64,000 bases of DNA from a virus (taxonomy: Duplodnaviria > Caudoviricetes). The stretch's first letter is position 1, and each line of letters starts with the position of its first letter. The stretch is taken from positions 64,001-128,000 of the IMG/VR virus record IMGVR_UViG_3300045596_000094. The stretch is one strand, 5' to 3'. The notes below the pieces were generated by a model. That model made no database searches. It saw only the letters and a list, made by a program, of their open reading frames with translations, and had not been told where the DNA came from. Below are positions 1 through 9,786 of this stretch, piece by piece. The position numbers and the translations under genes were made by a program.

Positions 1-353
1 TGCGTGAGATTCATAAGCTCTAATTCAATTTTGTCGAGACAATCGGAACGTGGGATGAATGGTCGGTAAACTAAACGATCCGTTTCTTCTTCGAACCCGA
101 TAATGGTGAGTGGTGTGAGTTTACCCGCCACAAGTACTAATCCGTATTTGGTGTCTTTGTTTGGAGCTTCTTGTGGGTTAGCGAACTTATCAAAGAAATG
201 GAAAACATTGGATTGAGCGTCAACAAGCTGTTGGGCAGATGTGCGATAAATATCTACCTCTTCTTTAAAGCTTACCGCACTTGCCCCTAACCCCACTAAA
301 TTTGAAAGCACGCGATGGCGATTGTTTGTTATTTGATGAACGATACGGATCAT
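1..353 (-). CDS. Hypothetical protein, truncated at window start (MIRIVHQITNNRHRVLSNLVG...)
   Basis: Not in the ORF track. Read manually: ATG at 353, AAGGA SD upstream, frame open to base 1. Confidence 0.75.
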   Translation of the reverse strand, partial: MIRIVHQITNNRHRVLSNLVGLGASAVSFKEEVDIYRTSAQQLVDAQSNVFHFFDKFANPQEAPNKDTKYGLVLVAGKLTPLTIIGFEEETDRLVYRPFIPRSDCLDKIELELMNLT

Positions 354-374
354 AATGTCTTTCCTTGAAAGAGT

Positions 375-390
375 GGCGCCCGAAGACGCC
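375..390 (-). terminator. Short cUUCGg hairpin (GGCGUC-UUCG-GGCGCC)
   Basis: Stem with one G-U pair on the minus strand, directly after the stop of 399..1136. Confidence 0.5.
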
Positions 391-398
391 GAATAGTG

Positions 399-1136
399 TT
401 AGATAAATTTAAATAGATGGTTATTTGCTGAAGTGTATATGGTTTCATTCAACTCACTCTGATGGGTTTTCATACCCTCAAAGATACCAGCATACTCTTG
501 GTGATCCAAGATTACAGCGGGGAGTGCGATAACAAAATCATTACCTACCACTATTTGCTTTTTCAGTGATTTAATCACGAACTTCATTAAACCAGGAATG
601 GTTTCTTCCATAGCTGGATAAAAGAAACCTTTCTTTACATGCAATGGAAAATCTGTCAAGCGAAAATAGTCAACATCATTTTGAATGAATGCTAATTTGA
701 TCTGCTTGAGTTTGGTTAATGTTTGGAAAACATATTTAGGCTGGGGTCGATGTTCGACCGGTGTAACATTACCAAAAGGTTTCCCTGCAGATTGTGCGCG
801 TAGACGTGCTTCGCATTGGAATACAATTTTTTGGTATTCTTTATTGCGTTGAGCGAATCGTCTAAATGCTTCTGCCATCCATCCTTGCATCATCTGCACC
901 ATTATAGGTTGCTTATCAAAAGTACCATCTAGAATGGAATCGAACGCTGCCTGATAGGGGACAAAGAGATCAACATCCAGAACCCCTTGGGTCATTTTAG
1001 ACGGTGTGTCTTGATCGGACGGAGCCCCGTTACCTTGGCTCATAATCTCACGATAAGCCTTCTCACGTTCCTCAAACATTGCATTGAGGGCAGAAACATC
1101 AAAGTTTGTTTCTAAAGGTGTTTTATCTAAAATCAT
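399..1136 (-). CDS. Hypothetical protein (245 aa)
   Basis: Long ORF with ATGA overlap with the upstream gene and a GAGG SD. Confidence 0.8.
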   Translation of the reverse strand: MILDKTPLETNFDVSALNAMFEEREKAYREIMSQGNGAPSDQDTPSKMTQGVLDVDLFVPYQAAFDSILDGTFDKQPIMVQMMQGWMAEAFRRFAQRNKEYQKIVFQCEARLRAQSAGKPFGNVTPVEHRPQPKYVFQTLTKLKQIKLAFIQNDVDYFRLTDFPLHVKKGFFYPAMEETIPGLMKFVIKSLKKQIVVGNDFVIALPAVILDHQEYAGIFEGMKTHQSELNETIYTSANNHLFKFI

Positions 1137-2086
1137 TTATTCACCTCAATAGATCCGCAAACTCGGATATACGAACGACCATCATTAGCTGTCATGTAGA
1201 TCGTTACAAACACAACGCTGTAAGCTTCTTCCACATTGTCATGTTGGAATTCAACCGCGTGTAATTTATACCCTTCGATCGGTACAATTACCAAAGCATT
1301 TTTCAAAGCTCGCAACATCACGGTGTCGTAGAAGCTTGCGTACTCCGCATGTTTATCATCACGGAGACTCTTCAATTGGGCAGAGATCTTAGCGGTAGAC
1401 CCCAAGTGTTCTTCTACTGGCGGTTTCCCTTTCACTTCAGTAAAGTTTATGCGAATCGTTGAGTTTTCTAGATCTGATTGTAGAGTGATCCCTTCAGGAG
1501 TGACTTTTGATTCAAAACGAGCCACACTCATTGAAGCGCGAACATAATTTGCAATATCCGATGAGCGGGTCATTGCATCCATGGTCTGAATTACAAATTT
1601 ACCGAGAGCACCTTGTTGCATTAATGGACTAAAACGTGTGATGATGTCAAACATACGCGGTAGGGTGTCTATTTTTGGAGGCTTCAACTTAGTGATATTT
1701 GTAGCCAGCACCGCATTGATCCAAGCTTCTTGTTTAGGAAGAGCTTTTGCACCAGAGATCAGGTATTGTTTTTCAAAATCTGCACGGTGTCGTGTAATGT
1801 GCGCAAACTTATCCCAATGTGTGCCGCGATTAATCATAATAGTCACTTGGAGTTTATGATAAAAAGGACGGATTAAAAAGAAGGTATATTTCTTCAAGGC
1901 TTCTTCGTTTACGTGCTGAACGCGTTCTAGCTTCACACCATCAAATCCCATAACGTGATGCATTGCTGTAATTAGATTAACTTTACCAAATGCAAAAGTA
2001 AGTGTATGTGATTTAGGGGTTATCTTCAAACCATCCAAAACTGGTTTACAAAGACTTTGGCTAAGAGTTTTGAGCGTGTTATTCAT
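1133..2086 (-). CDS. Hypothetical protein (317 aa)
   Basis: Long ORF with GGAG SD. Confidence 0.8.
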   Translation of the reverse strand: MNNTLKTLSQSLCKPVLDGLKITPKSHTLTFAFGKVNLITAMHHVMGFDGVKLERVQHVNEEALKKYTFFLIRPFYHKLQVTIMINRGTHWDKFAHITRHRADFEKQYLISGAKALPKQEAWINAVLATNITKLKPPKIDTLPRMFDIITRFSPLMQQGALGKFVIQTMDAMTRSSDIANYVRASMSVARFESKVTPEGITLQSDLENSTIRINFTEVKGKPPVEEHLGSTAKISAQLKSLRDDKHAEYASFYDTVMLRALKNALVIVPIEGYKLHAVEFQHDNVEEAYSVVFVTIYMTANDGRSYIRVCGSIEVNK

Positions 2087-2183
2087 GTCTAAAAAGACTC
2101 CGTTTTACGTTAGAATGCTAAGTAGCAGTTTTGTTTCATACTACCTAGTTTTGCATTAAAAATTAAATAGATGGCATAAAACG

Positions 2184-2203
2184 AGAGTGGGTTTTCCCAC
2201 TCT
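2184..2203 (-). terminator. Intrinsic terminator-like hairpin
   Basis: AGAGTGGG-AAAA-CCCACTCT followed by CGTTTTATG on the minus strand. Confidence 0.65.
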
Positions 2204-2210
2204 ATTTGTT

Positions 2211-2687
2211 TTATTCGCCGGAAGTAGAAAAGAACACCTTTTCAATTGTGGAGAAAAGATCCCCTACAAACGAGATCATATTCGACTTATAGGACTCGCC
2301 CATCATTTCCATTGCCTGTAAATGATAGTTATAAACCAGCCAGTAAGAATAGATCAGTACAATTGCTAGAGCCATAAGAACGTATAGCGTTTTAGATGAC
2401 TGCATATGTGCTTGTAGCGATACACGTTGAGTCTCAAGATGGTTGATGGCATTTAAAATACCCACCATTGTTTTAGGGTCATCCTCTAAGCGGATAGCTC
2501 TATCGAGTTGGTTCTTTTGATCAGTAGTGAGACTGGTGTAAAGGGTTTTCAATTCATTACCGGTGGTTAAGCTGGTAATTTGTTGTTCTCCTTCTAGGTG
2601 ACTATTGATAAGGGTAACGATGACACCACTTTCGATATCGCCTAAACGGATATCCCCTAATTTGTCCCCCAATTGAGTAATGTCCAT
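2211..2687 (-). CDS. Membrane protein with a single C-terminal TM helix
   Basis: Track ORF 2211..2750; start moved to ATG 2687 (MDITQLG) with GAGG SD. Hydrophobic segment LYVLMALAIVLIYSYWLVY. Confidence 0.7.
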   Translation of the reverse strand: MDITQLGDKLGDIRLGDIESGVIVTLINSHLEGEQQITSLTTGNELKTLYTSLTTDQKNQLDRAIRLEDDPKTMVGILNAINHLETQRVSLQAHMQSSKTLYVLMALAIVLIYSYWLVYNYHLQAMEMMGESYKSNMISFVGDLFSTIEKVFFSTSGE

Positions 2688-2701
2688 GAAGACCTCACGA
2701 A

Positions 2702-3250
2702 TTAGATACGGGTTAAGATACTTGCCATATAAAAAGCGTGCCCCACACACATCGAGTCAATTGCATGTTCGTCGTAATCATCGATATTAAAATCGGCTGG
2801 AAGGATTTTAGCGACAGCGGTACGCATGGCATTCTTATCACCATTGTTCCCCTTTACCCCCATTGCTTTCTTTACAGTAGCGGGATCAACCATGTTAAAT
2901 GGTAATAATGGGTTATAAGCGGTAATAGCTTGTTGCATCGCTTGGATACATTCAACTAATGCACTAAAGGCTTGAGGGAAACGCCCCATATACGGGGATT
3001 CAGACACTACTGCCTGAACCTCCCAAGATGCAGCCATTTTAAAAACAGCATCTTTACAAACTTGCATCTTAGCATATCTTAACCCATGAGTCAAGACTAA
3101 ACTATCCCCATAATAGAGATTGGCAAGTTTGTCGATATGGACGGTGGTACTGTGAATAATCCGTTTTTCTCTCGTCGCAAAATCCACGGCATTAATCGTA
3201 AGACCTAATGAGTTAGATCCCGGATCAATGGAAAGATAATAAAACAACAT
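2702..3250 (-). CDS. ruvC: RuvC-like Holliday junction resolvase
   Basis: RNase H-fold catalytic motifs SIDPGS, VVSESPY, PATVKKAMG, DKNAM, DEHAIDS; conserved position in phiKZ-like phages. Confidence 0.85.
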   Translation of the reverse strand: MLFYYLSIDPGSNSLGLTINAVDFATREKRIIHSTTVHIDKLANLYYGDSLVLTHGLRYAKMQVCKDAVFKMAASWEVQAVVSESPYMGRFPQAFSALVECIQAMQQAITAYNPLLPFNMVDPATVKKAMGVKGNNGDKNAMRTAVAKILPADFNIDDYDEHAIDSMCVGHAFYMASILTRI

Positions 3251-3267
3251 CAGCAGTACCTTAAATA

Positions 3268-4200
3268 TTAACGTTGACTTTCAACACCGAATAACGGTTC
3301 TGTTGCCCCAAGGTTGAGACTTAAAGTATATTCTTGGTCAGCGTAAGACAAAGGGATATAAGTTGTAATGTGCACATTGACTTGGCAAGCTACAGCTTCA
3401 AAGAAAGTATTAGCCGGAACATTGATTGGCGTCTGTGCTGAACCAGCTTCAGAAGGGTAACGTTGTTTGATTGGTTTTTCTACCGCAGAACAGATAGCTA
3501 ATTCCGAAATGATCGCCATGCGTTCATTACCAAACATGATACGGCAAGCATCCTTAGCGTCCTGAATATCGTTTTCATCCCACACCAATTGAACAAAAGA
3601 AGATACGGTTGCATACGCACCCTTATATTCAGTTTCCTGCGCATACTTCACAGGACGAAGGTTGTTAATTGTAGGAACAAAAGTTTCTACCACTGACTCG
3701 CCATCAACAATTTTAGTAATTGTGATTTCAGGTGTGGTGCGCGGGAATTCAATTTTGCGTGCGTAGTAAGCTGCGTAAAGAACACCATCTACTTCTACTG
3801 TACGACGCAACGCGTATTTTCGGCGTTCAGCTACGGTTAGGTCATCGTCCGCTTTACGTAGAATAAACGGCATTAAATTGAACAAGCCAGAATCCGTTGC
3901 TTTGTGCGGTACAGGGATCGAATAGGGAACAGCATCGTTTGGATTGTTGATGTTCTCATGACCGCCATTACCGACCACCAAGTATTGAGTAAAAATATTG
4001 TTACTATCTTTATCAAAGTCGTAAGGATCGTAAATCTCCATACCGCGTGTTAAAGGGGTAGGGAGTTTGTTGATGATAGTTGGCTCATTTATCGCTTGGT
4101 TGATGGTTGTATATTCAACTACTACGTGCTTCATACCTAAAGCACGAACAGTCTGAATTGTAGCGCCATAAACCGTACGTGTAATAATACGGGCAGCCAT
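3268..4200 (-). CDS. Conserved phiKZ-like virion structural protein (gp139-like by synteny)
   Basis: Track ORF to 4212; start ATG 4200 with GGAG SD. Motifs RTVYG, VGNGGH, PFILR..DDLT..ER.KY.LR, ISELAICS, LGATEPL, adjacent to RuvC. Confidence 0.7.
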   Translation of the reverse strand: MAARIITRTVYGATIQTVRALGMKHVVVEYTTINQAINEPTIINKLPTPLTRGMEIYDPYDFDKDSNNIFTQYLVVGNGGHENINNPNDAVPYSIPVPHKATDSGLFNLMPFILRKADDDLTVAERRKYALRRTVEVDGVLYAAYYARKIEFPRTTPEITITKIVDGESVVETFVPTINNLRPVKYAQETEYKGAYATVSSFVQLVWDENDIQDAKDACRIMFGNERMAIISELAICSAVEKPIKQRYPSEAGSAQTPINVPANTFFEAVACQVNVHITTYIPLSYADQEYTLSLNLGATEPLFGVESQR

Positions 4201-4260
4201 TTGTTTCTCCAAGATAATTGCTATATAATCCGAATCGAAAGTATTTATTTACAAAACGGT

Positions 4261-4788
4261 TTAAGGAAATGCTTTTGTTAGAAGATCGACTAACATCTCT
4301 CCACGGAAATGTGGGGACTTGCGACTGAAGCGAATTAATACGGTTGGTCGATGTGTCTGGATATCTTCTTCAACAATATCGGTTACATCCACCTGAATAT
4401 TAAAAAGTTCAGTAAAGATAGGAGCAAGCTCTGTGGTTTTTGCAGGTGGTTGGTCTAACTGTAAATACAGTCGATCAACTACTCCAAAAAGTCTGACTAA
4501 CTCATCCCCTCGAATTTTACGAACATAGAACCCGCGATTGATAAACTGATTGCGCGGAGCAATCCAGTTAAATGGCGCATTGTTAGCTAGACGGTCAACT
4601 GAAAATACAGCTCGACCAAAGTAAAGTGGGTTCCCACTCACTTCCCTTAACCCTACAGCCACGGCATTCTTGGTTAGACCAAACTGATCTTCTTCAAGAA
4701 TCATAATCCATGAGTTCTTATAATTCGCTTGTTCAAGGAGACGATCGAAGCTGGGCTTGAGCAAATCCAAGCCATCTGAGTATGCCAT
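4261..4788 (-). CDS. Tail/baseplate-associated small protein, paralog of 17012..17548
   Basis: Start moved to 4788 (MAYSDGLDL), matching the paralog N-terminus MAFANGLDL; AAGG SD. Confidence 0.7.
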   Translation of the reverse strand: MAYSDGLDLLKPSFDRLLEQANYKNSWIMILEEDQFGLTKNAVAVGLREVSGNPLYFGRAVFSVDRLANNAPFNWIAPRNQFINRGFYVRKIRGDELVRLFGVVDRLYLQLDQPPAKTTELAPIFTELFNIQVDVTDIVEEDIQTHRPTVLIRFSRKSPHFRGEMLVDLLTKAFP

Positions 4789-4877
4789 TTCGTTTACCTT
4801 TAATTTTAAAGACTCAGCGCAAACTGCACTAATAGAGGTGTTGCTATTCACATAAATAGTGCAGTCCGCTTTGTTTC

Positions 4878-7800
4878 TTACGGTTCTACTGGTTCTGGAT
4901 CTGGCTCTACTGGTTTAGGAATACAATTCACGTAAACCAGAGGAGACCATAAACCTTTATAAAGCATACGTATCCGTACTTGACGATTCACGGTCGTTGG
5001 GGCGAATGTTAACGTGTTGCCGTTAAACGTCGCTCCGCCACCACTATAGATATCCCATGTAGGTGTGCCGTTATCTAGGGATTCTGGCGGTGTGAGCGTA
5101 TACGATAGATTAATTGGTTCTTCCGGATAGAACGGGTCACCCGGTGGGATAACAATCGCAACAGCTGTAGTTTTAGGGAATGTTGTAAACCATTTCTCCA
5201 CCCATAAACCTCGCATGTACAATCTAATCTTGAACGGCGTTTTTACATCCGCAGTAACAATCAATTGATTTTTATTACGAATCGTTACGCCATTAGGATT
5301 ACCAACAACTGACCAAACAGGATCTTCAGGAAGTTCAGACTTATCAAACGTCAAGGCTCGATACTGTAAAGTTTCGGTTTCCCCTTGGGTTACTTTCTCA
5401 TTCACAATCTCGATGTCATTGGTTGTAAGATTACGCCACACATCGCTGAAATTCACCTGTTTAGCACCGCCTCGCTTATACCCATTTGCAACATCAGTAT
5501 AACTCACCATCACTGCTGTGTGGGTTAATGGATCAGTCACATCAACAACTAATGAACTACTACCATCGTCATTCGGTAAAGAAACTACTTCAGATTGTTT
5601 CTTACCGATAACCACATCGAGGTTATGGTCCGTGTATGTTCTTGATGTTGGATAGATTGTGTACTTAGGTGTAATACGGTATTTATTTCCACCCAGGCTG
5701 GTACGCTTCATCTCATCAATGACCAATATTGAAGCAGCATCAGGAATATCGATATCTGGATGAATTAAGATACGATAATTACGATGTCTTTGTTGACGAC
5801 CATCTTTAGAAACAATTACCATTGAAAAAGAGAAGTCTTCTACACCAGTAATACGATTTCCAATTGTTGGCGTGAACGTAACCAATCCAGCTTTACTCAG
5901 CACCAAACGACCACCACGTAAATTCCAAATCCTACCTGCTGTCCAAGAGAAAGCTAGTAGGGCGTTGTAGTTACGATGGTAAACATCCCAGTCCTGTTGA
6001 TTTTCATCATCTTTGAAAATAGTGAAAACCGGTTTAGAGATATCGCCAGTGATGGAAAGTAAGTTATACTGACGCTGGATATTAGTGGCGTAGATGTATG
6101 GGCGTTTGTCGGTTTCTAGTTCCATACCGATCGATGTATACACAACAGTATACTTCTTCGGTTGTAGTTCTTCGAAAGTATGTGTACTTGTAGGTAGTAC
6201 AGACGCCCCTAAAATTACGGAATCCACTAACTCATCGTTAGCAGTATCATACAACTCCACACGACAAGCATAAGCCAACATATTCTTTACGCGAAAATCG
6301 TGAACAAAGTTAGCAGGTACGGTAAACGACCATGTACCTTCTTTCTGATCAGTTCGATCGGGACGAAGATAACGGGCGCTGGTTGTAGTGTAATACGCAG
6401 TACTTACATTCGCATGATAGACAAACTCTTCTTCCACAATTGTCGGCTTGATTGCCTCTAAAGGGATTTCGATCTTAGAGACCTCATTTCCATTAGCTAC
6501 GTAAATTGAATCAGTTTTACCACTATATGCGCCTGTCGATAGATCTGGATGATACATTATCCCTGAATCGGTGAGCTCGACCTGACTTCCAAACAAAGTG
6601 GTAAACTTTGTATTTTTATCGAATGGTACGTAAACCCCGTTCTTATTGATACGTAAGGTATCAAGATTCAAACCAGAAAGATCGGCGTTCAAAAGAGTGG
6701 GTTCATTTGGTGTGATTGCGTCACGCTCTAACAATGTCGGAGAAATACCCGATAAACCAGCTTGACCATTCTCGTAGTATTGTTTCTTCAACGCCATTTC
6801 ATACTTACCACCCACAATGTTCGCCATCTTCCCTTGAGAGGCATAACTTGGATAGTCCGTATCATGAACATAAACACCAGTTTCTGTATGTTTAATGCGT
6901 TGACGCCATGTTAGGTTATTTTCGCCACCGTACCACGTAATCTCAGGTGAGATTAGTGTTTTACTAATATCCCATTTAAGATTATACTCATAACCCGTTC
7001 CTGGATATCCTTGGAACGCATTGTCCGCAGCATTACGAACAAACGTAAGTAACGAAGGCTTGCGGAACATGGTGATATATTTAGCAGCTCTACCGGAACG
7101 TAACGGGTTTGGTAGATAAACGAAATCTTCGTCTGGGTTTCCTAAAGTAAATACAAACTCTAGATTCTCACGAGATTTGGTTTCCAACTGCCAACGCTCA
7201 GCAAACCCGGCTTGGTCTGGGTAGTCACCAGCAGTGGTTGTCCAATACGTCGCAGGTAACATGACATCGATTCGGAGAGAACCGACTGTGATATAGAAAC
7301 GCCCAACCCCTGCATTTGCAGTTGCTGAATTGACATCTAGAGGCATCTTCACTGTAAAGGTTACTGTACCGTTAGAGTTCATTCGATACTGACCAACATC
7401 CTGATTTGATGCCCAGTAGTCAGCGCTACCGAAACCATTTAATTGGGTAGCTGTCCCCTGATGCCAATAAACGATACTTAATGCGTACGACTTATCTCCT
7501 AAATATTTAGGGAAAGAAGCTGCAGTATTTGCTACAGTCGCATTAACGGCATGGACACAAACCTTCGCATCCACGTAGTTTGTTGTACCCATTCCAGTAG
7601 TTGATGAGATACCTAATCGAACGATACGTTCATGCTCTTCTGGTGACTGGAAACGTACGAAGTTATTAATCGCATACGTCACAGAAGTCGCGAAGTCTTT
7701 TAATGTTGGTGCTGGAACACCTTCCTCAAATGCTTCGTAATAAAGCAAAATAGACTGCTCACCCATCGAGTCATCGCCGGTTTGAACATAACCATGATAG

Positions 7801-8084
7801 AACACCGCCATCTCTTTTGCGACAATATCTCCAGGAGATATTGTTGTAGTTCGCATAGCAGGAACAGTGAACGCAAATGTTCCAGAGCTATTATCGTTAT
7901 ATTGATAAGACCCCTGTAAAGCACCGCCGGTGGCGTAAGGTGTATTCCCTGTGGCAATGATATCATCAATTGCTTGAGTTTCGTGGTTGACATTAGGCGT
8001 TACAGAACGCCCAAAGTCTACACGGATATGCCCAGGGTACGCTGCCAGTAATAACATCTTCAGATAGTTACTGTTGTACCACAT
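4878..8084 (-). CDS. Putative tail fibre/adhesin (1068 aa), beta-rich, two C-terminal Ig-like domains and a Pro/Glu tail
   Basis: T/Y/G-rich beta composition. C-terminal units (EDPVWSVVG, GTPTWDIYSG) resemble the Ig repeats of 9787..16878. Ends KPVEPDPEPVEP. Lies in the tail locus. Confidence 0.6.
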   Translation of the reverse strand: MWYNSNYLKMLLLAAYPGHIRVDFGRSVTPNVNHETQAIDDIIATGNTPYATGGALQGSYQYNDNSSGTFAFTVPAMRTTTISPGDIVAKEMAVFYHGYVQTGDDSMGEQSILLYYEAFEEGVPAPTLKDFATSVTYAINNFVRFQSPEEHERIVRLGISSTTGMGTTNYVDAKVCVHAVNATVANTAASFPKYLGDKSYALSIVYWHQGTATQLNGFGSADYWASNQDVGQYRMNSNGTVTFTVKMPLDVNSATANAGVGRFYITVGSLRIDVMLPATYWTTTAGDYPDQAGFAERWQLETKSRENLEFVFTLGNPDEDFVYLPNPLRSGRAAKYITMFRKPSLLTFVRNAADNAFQGYPGTGYEYNLKWDISKTLISPEITWYGGENNLTWRQRIKHTETGVYVHDTDYPSYASQGKMANIVGGKYEMALKKQYYENGQAGLSGISPTLLERDAITPNEPTLLNADLSGLNLDTLRINKNGVYVPFDKNTKFTTLFGSQVELTDSGIMYHPDLSTGAYSGKTDSIYVANGNEVSKIEIPLEAIKPTIVEEEFVYHANVSTAYYTTTSARYLRPDRTDQKEGTWSFTVPANFVHDFRVKNMLAYACRVELYDTANDELVDSVILGASVLPTSTHTFEELQPKKYTVVYTSIGMELETDKRPYIYATNIQRQYNLLSITGDISKPVFTIFKDDENQQDWDVYHRNYNALLAFSWTAGRIWNLRGGRLVLSKAGLVTFTPTIGNRITGVEDFSFSMVIVSKDGRQQRHRNYRILIHPDIDIPDAASILVIDEMKRTSLGGNKYRITPKYTIYPTSRTYTDHNLDVVIGKKQSEVVSLPNDDGSSSLVVDVTDPLTHTAVMVSYTDVANGYKRGGAKQVNFSDVWRNLTTNDIEIVNEKVTQGETETLQYRALTFDKSELPEDPVWSVVGNPNGVTIRNKNQLIVTADVKTPFKIRLYMRGLWVEKWFTTFPKTTAVAIVIPPGDPFYPEEPINLSYTLTPPESLDNGTPTWDIYSGGGATFNGNTLTFAPTTVNRQVRIRMLYKGLWSPLVYVNCIPKPVEPDPEPVEP

Positions 8085-8089
8085 GTGTA

Positions 8090-9769
8090 TTAACCTCGTT
8101 TATAAGTTTTCATGGTATTCACACGAATAGGGATACGCATTTGTTTCTCAATTTCAGTGATGGTGGCTTGGATTTTATCCGCAGGCTTATTCGCAACAGG
8201 GAACGTAGTTTCAGTCGGATAGATCATGTTAATCATTCGAATGGTAGTACTCTTATAAAGCACTTCTACGATATACTGTTTACCTTCAATAATTGGAGAT
8301 CCTTCAGCAGCCCAGCTTGCGATAGGCGCAGCCGTGTTATATCGAGGGTTCTCCGATGCAGTAATCAGAGGTTTAGGTAAAGGACCTGTGCCTGCCATGA
8401 ATGCTAGGGTTTCATCCAGATCGTAAACCGAGATGATAAAAGGATAATAGTCGTATGTTCGGAGTGTGTAGTTCTTCGATACGATTGTCATCCCGAAACA
8501 AATACCTTTATAACCTTGTGCTTTCAAAGCAGGATCTAAAGGAGCAAATGTTTGTGAATGTCCGGCAGTGCCTGTCCAATCCATCCATGAGGCTTGCTTG
8601 CGCGTAAGTAGTGGTTGGTCGGTATACTTATCCACATCCACGAAAGTATATTTCGATAATGTGGTTGCAGCATTCACATTGTATTCATCACTCCAACCCC
8701 CTCGGGTGATTGTAAGTTCGTACGTATGATCTTTGAATAACTGATAATAAACACGACCAGCCAAGGTACGAAACTCAATTGGATCACCAGTGGTAAGATC
8801 TAGAAATCGGTTAATTGTTGATGAAAGCCAACCCGATCCAGTAACCGTTGATAACTCATTCTTAGTACAGGTAAAACGGAAGGTGTACGTATTTGTACTG
8901 ACAAAGTTCCCTACGGCCGATCTAGAGAACATCAGATCAGACATGTCGTAAACATACGGTAGTCCCGCGGTAGAACCTCTTTGCGACCAATCTTCAATTT
9001 CCCAATACATTCGATGCGTTGCTGTGACCGACATCATGAACGGCCAGAAGTAAGCTGTGTCGTGCGTTACACGGTCATCTGCGGCAGGAGATGCACTTCG
9101 AATTACAAAGTAGTAATCCTTATCAAACTCTAAGAACCAACGATCACGATAACCTGCTGCTCCAGGAACAATTTGTTTATTTTCGTCCATGATGTCGCAG
9201 CTTGTTGTCAGCGCATACGGTGATCTAAAATGCCACCCTTTCTCAAATACAATCTCTTCGCCTTCAGCGGGGAGTTTGTATAGTTTGACTTTCGGGGTAC
9301 GGAATTTAAATACACCCACACGTACCATTGGATCATCGTCGAGATAAACAATGTCTTCTGGAATCTTTGGTGCTAGTAGATAATTCTTCTGACTGTTTTT
9401 CCAGATCTTAGCGTTGAAACTTTCATCCCAAGGGGATTTTGTTTTAACAGTAGGATCTAGTCCGAATGACCCTTCCTTAACTACACCGTTTACAATACTC
9501 TGTGCCGCGATCATCTTAGCAGGCATCCAACGTGGGGTCGTTGAAACAGTATAGATACGGGAAACGTAATTCACCAATCCAAAGTTCTGCACAATGGCTG
9601 GATTAAAACTCTTAATCCCTAAAACCATGCTACCATCTGGCGCTCGCCCAATACGAAGAGTGATCCCGTTGGGGATCACCTCCGCGATAGCAAGGTTTAG
9701 TTCTTTCGCTGTCTCGTATCTGAAAGGATAAGTCCGATCATTGATACGAAGCACTAAACCATATCTCAT
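8090..9769 (-). CDS. Putative tail-associated protein (559 aa)
   Basis: Long ORF, AGGA SD, tightly packed between two adhesin-like genes. Confidence 0.55.
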   Translation of the reverse strand: MRYGLVLRINDRTYPFRYETAKELNLAIAEVIPNGITLRIGRAPDGSMVLGIKSFNPAIVQNFGLVNYVSRIYTVSTTPRWMPAKMIAAQSIVNGVVKEGSFGLDPTVKTKSPWDESFNAKIWKNSQKNYLLAPKIPEDIVYLDDDPMVRVGVFKFRTPKVKLYKLPAEGEEIVFEKGWHFRSPYALTTSCDIMDENKQIVPGAAGYRDRWFLEFDKDYYFVIRSASPAADDRVTHDTAYFWPFMMSVTATHRMYWEIEDWSQRGSTAGLPYVYDMSDLMFSRSAVGNFVSTNTYTFRFTCTKNELSTVTGSGWLSSTINRFLDLTTGDPIEFRTLAGRVYYQLFKDHTYELTITRGGWSDEYNVNAATTLSKYTFVDVDKYTDQPLLTRKQASWMDWTGTAGHSQTFAPLDPALKAQGYKGICFGMTIVSKNYTLRTYDYYPFIISVYDLDETLAFMAGTGPLPKPLITASENPRYNTAAPIASWAAEGSPIIEGKQYIVEVLYKSTTIRMINMIYPTETTFPVANKPADKIQATITEIEKQMRIPIRVNTMKTYKRG

Positions 9770-9786
9770 TTTCTTTTCCTGATGAG

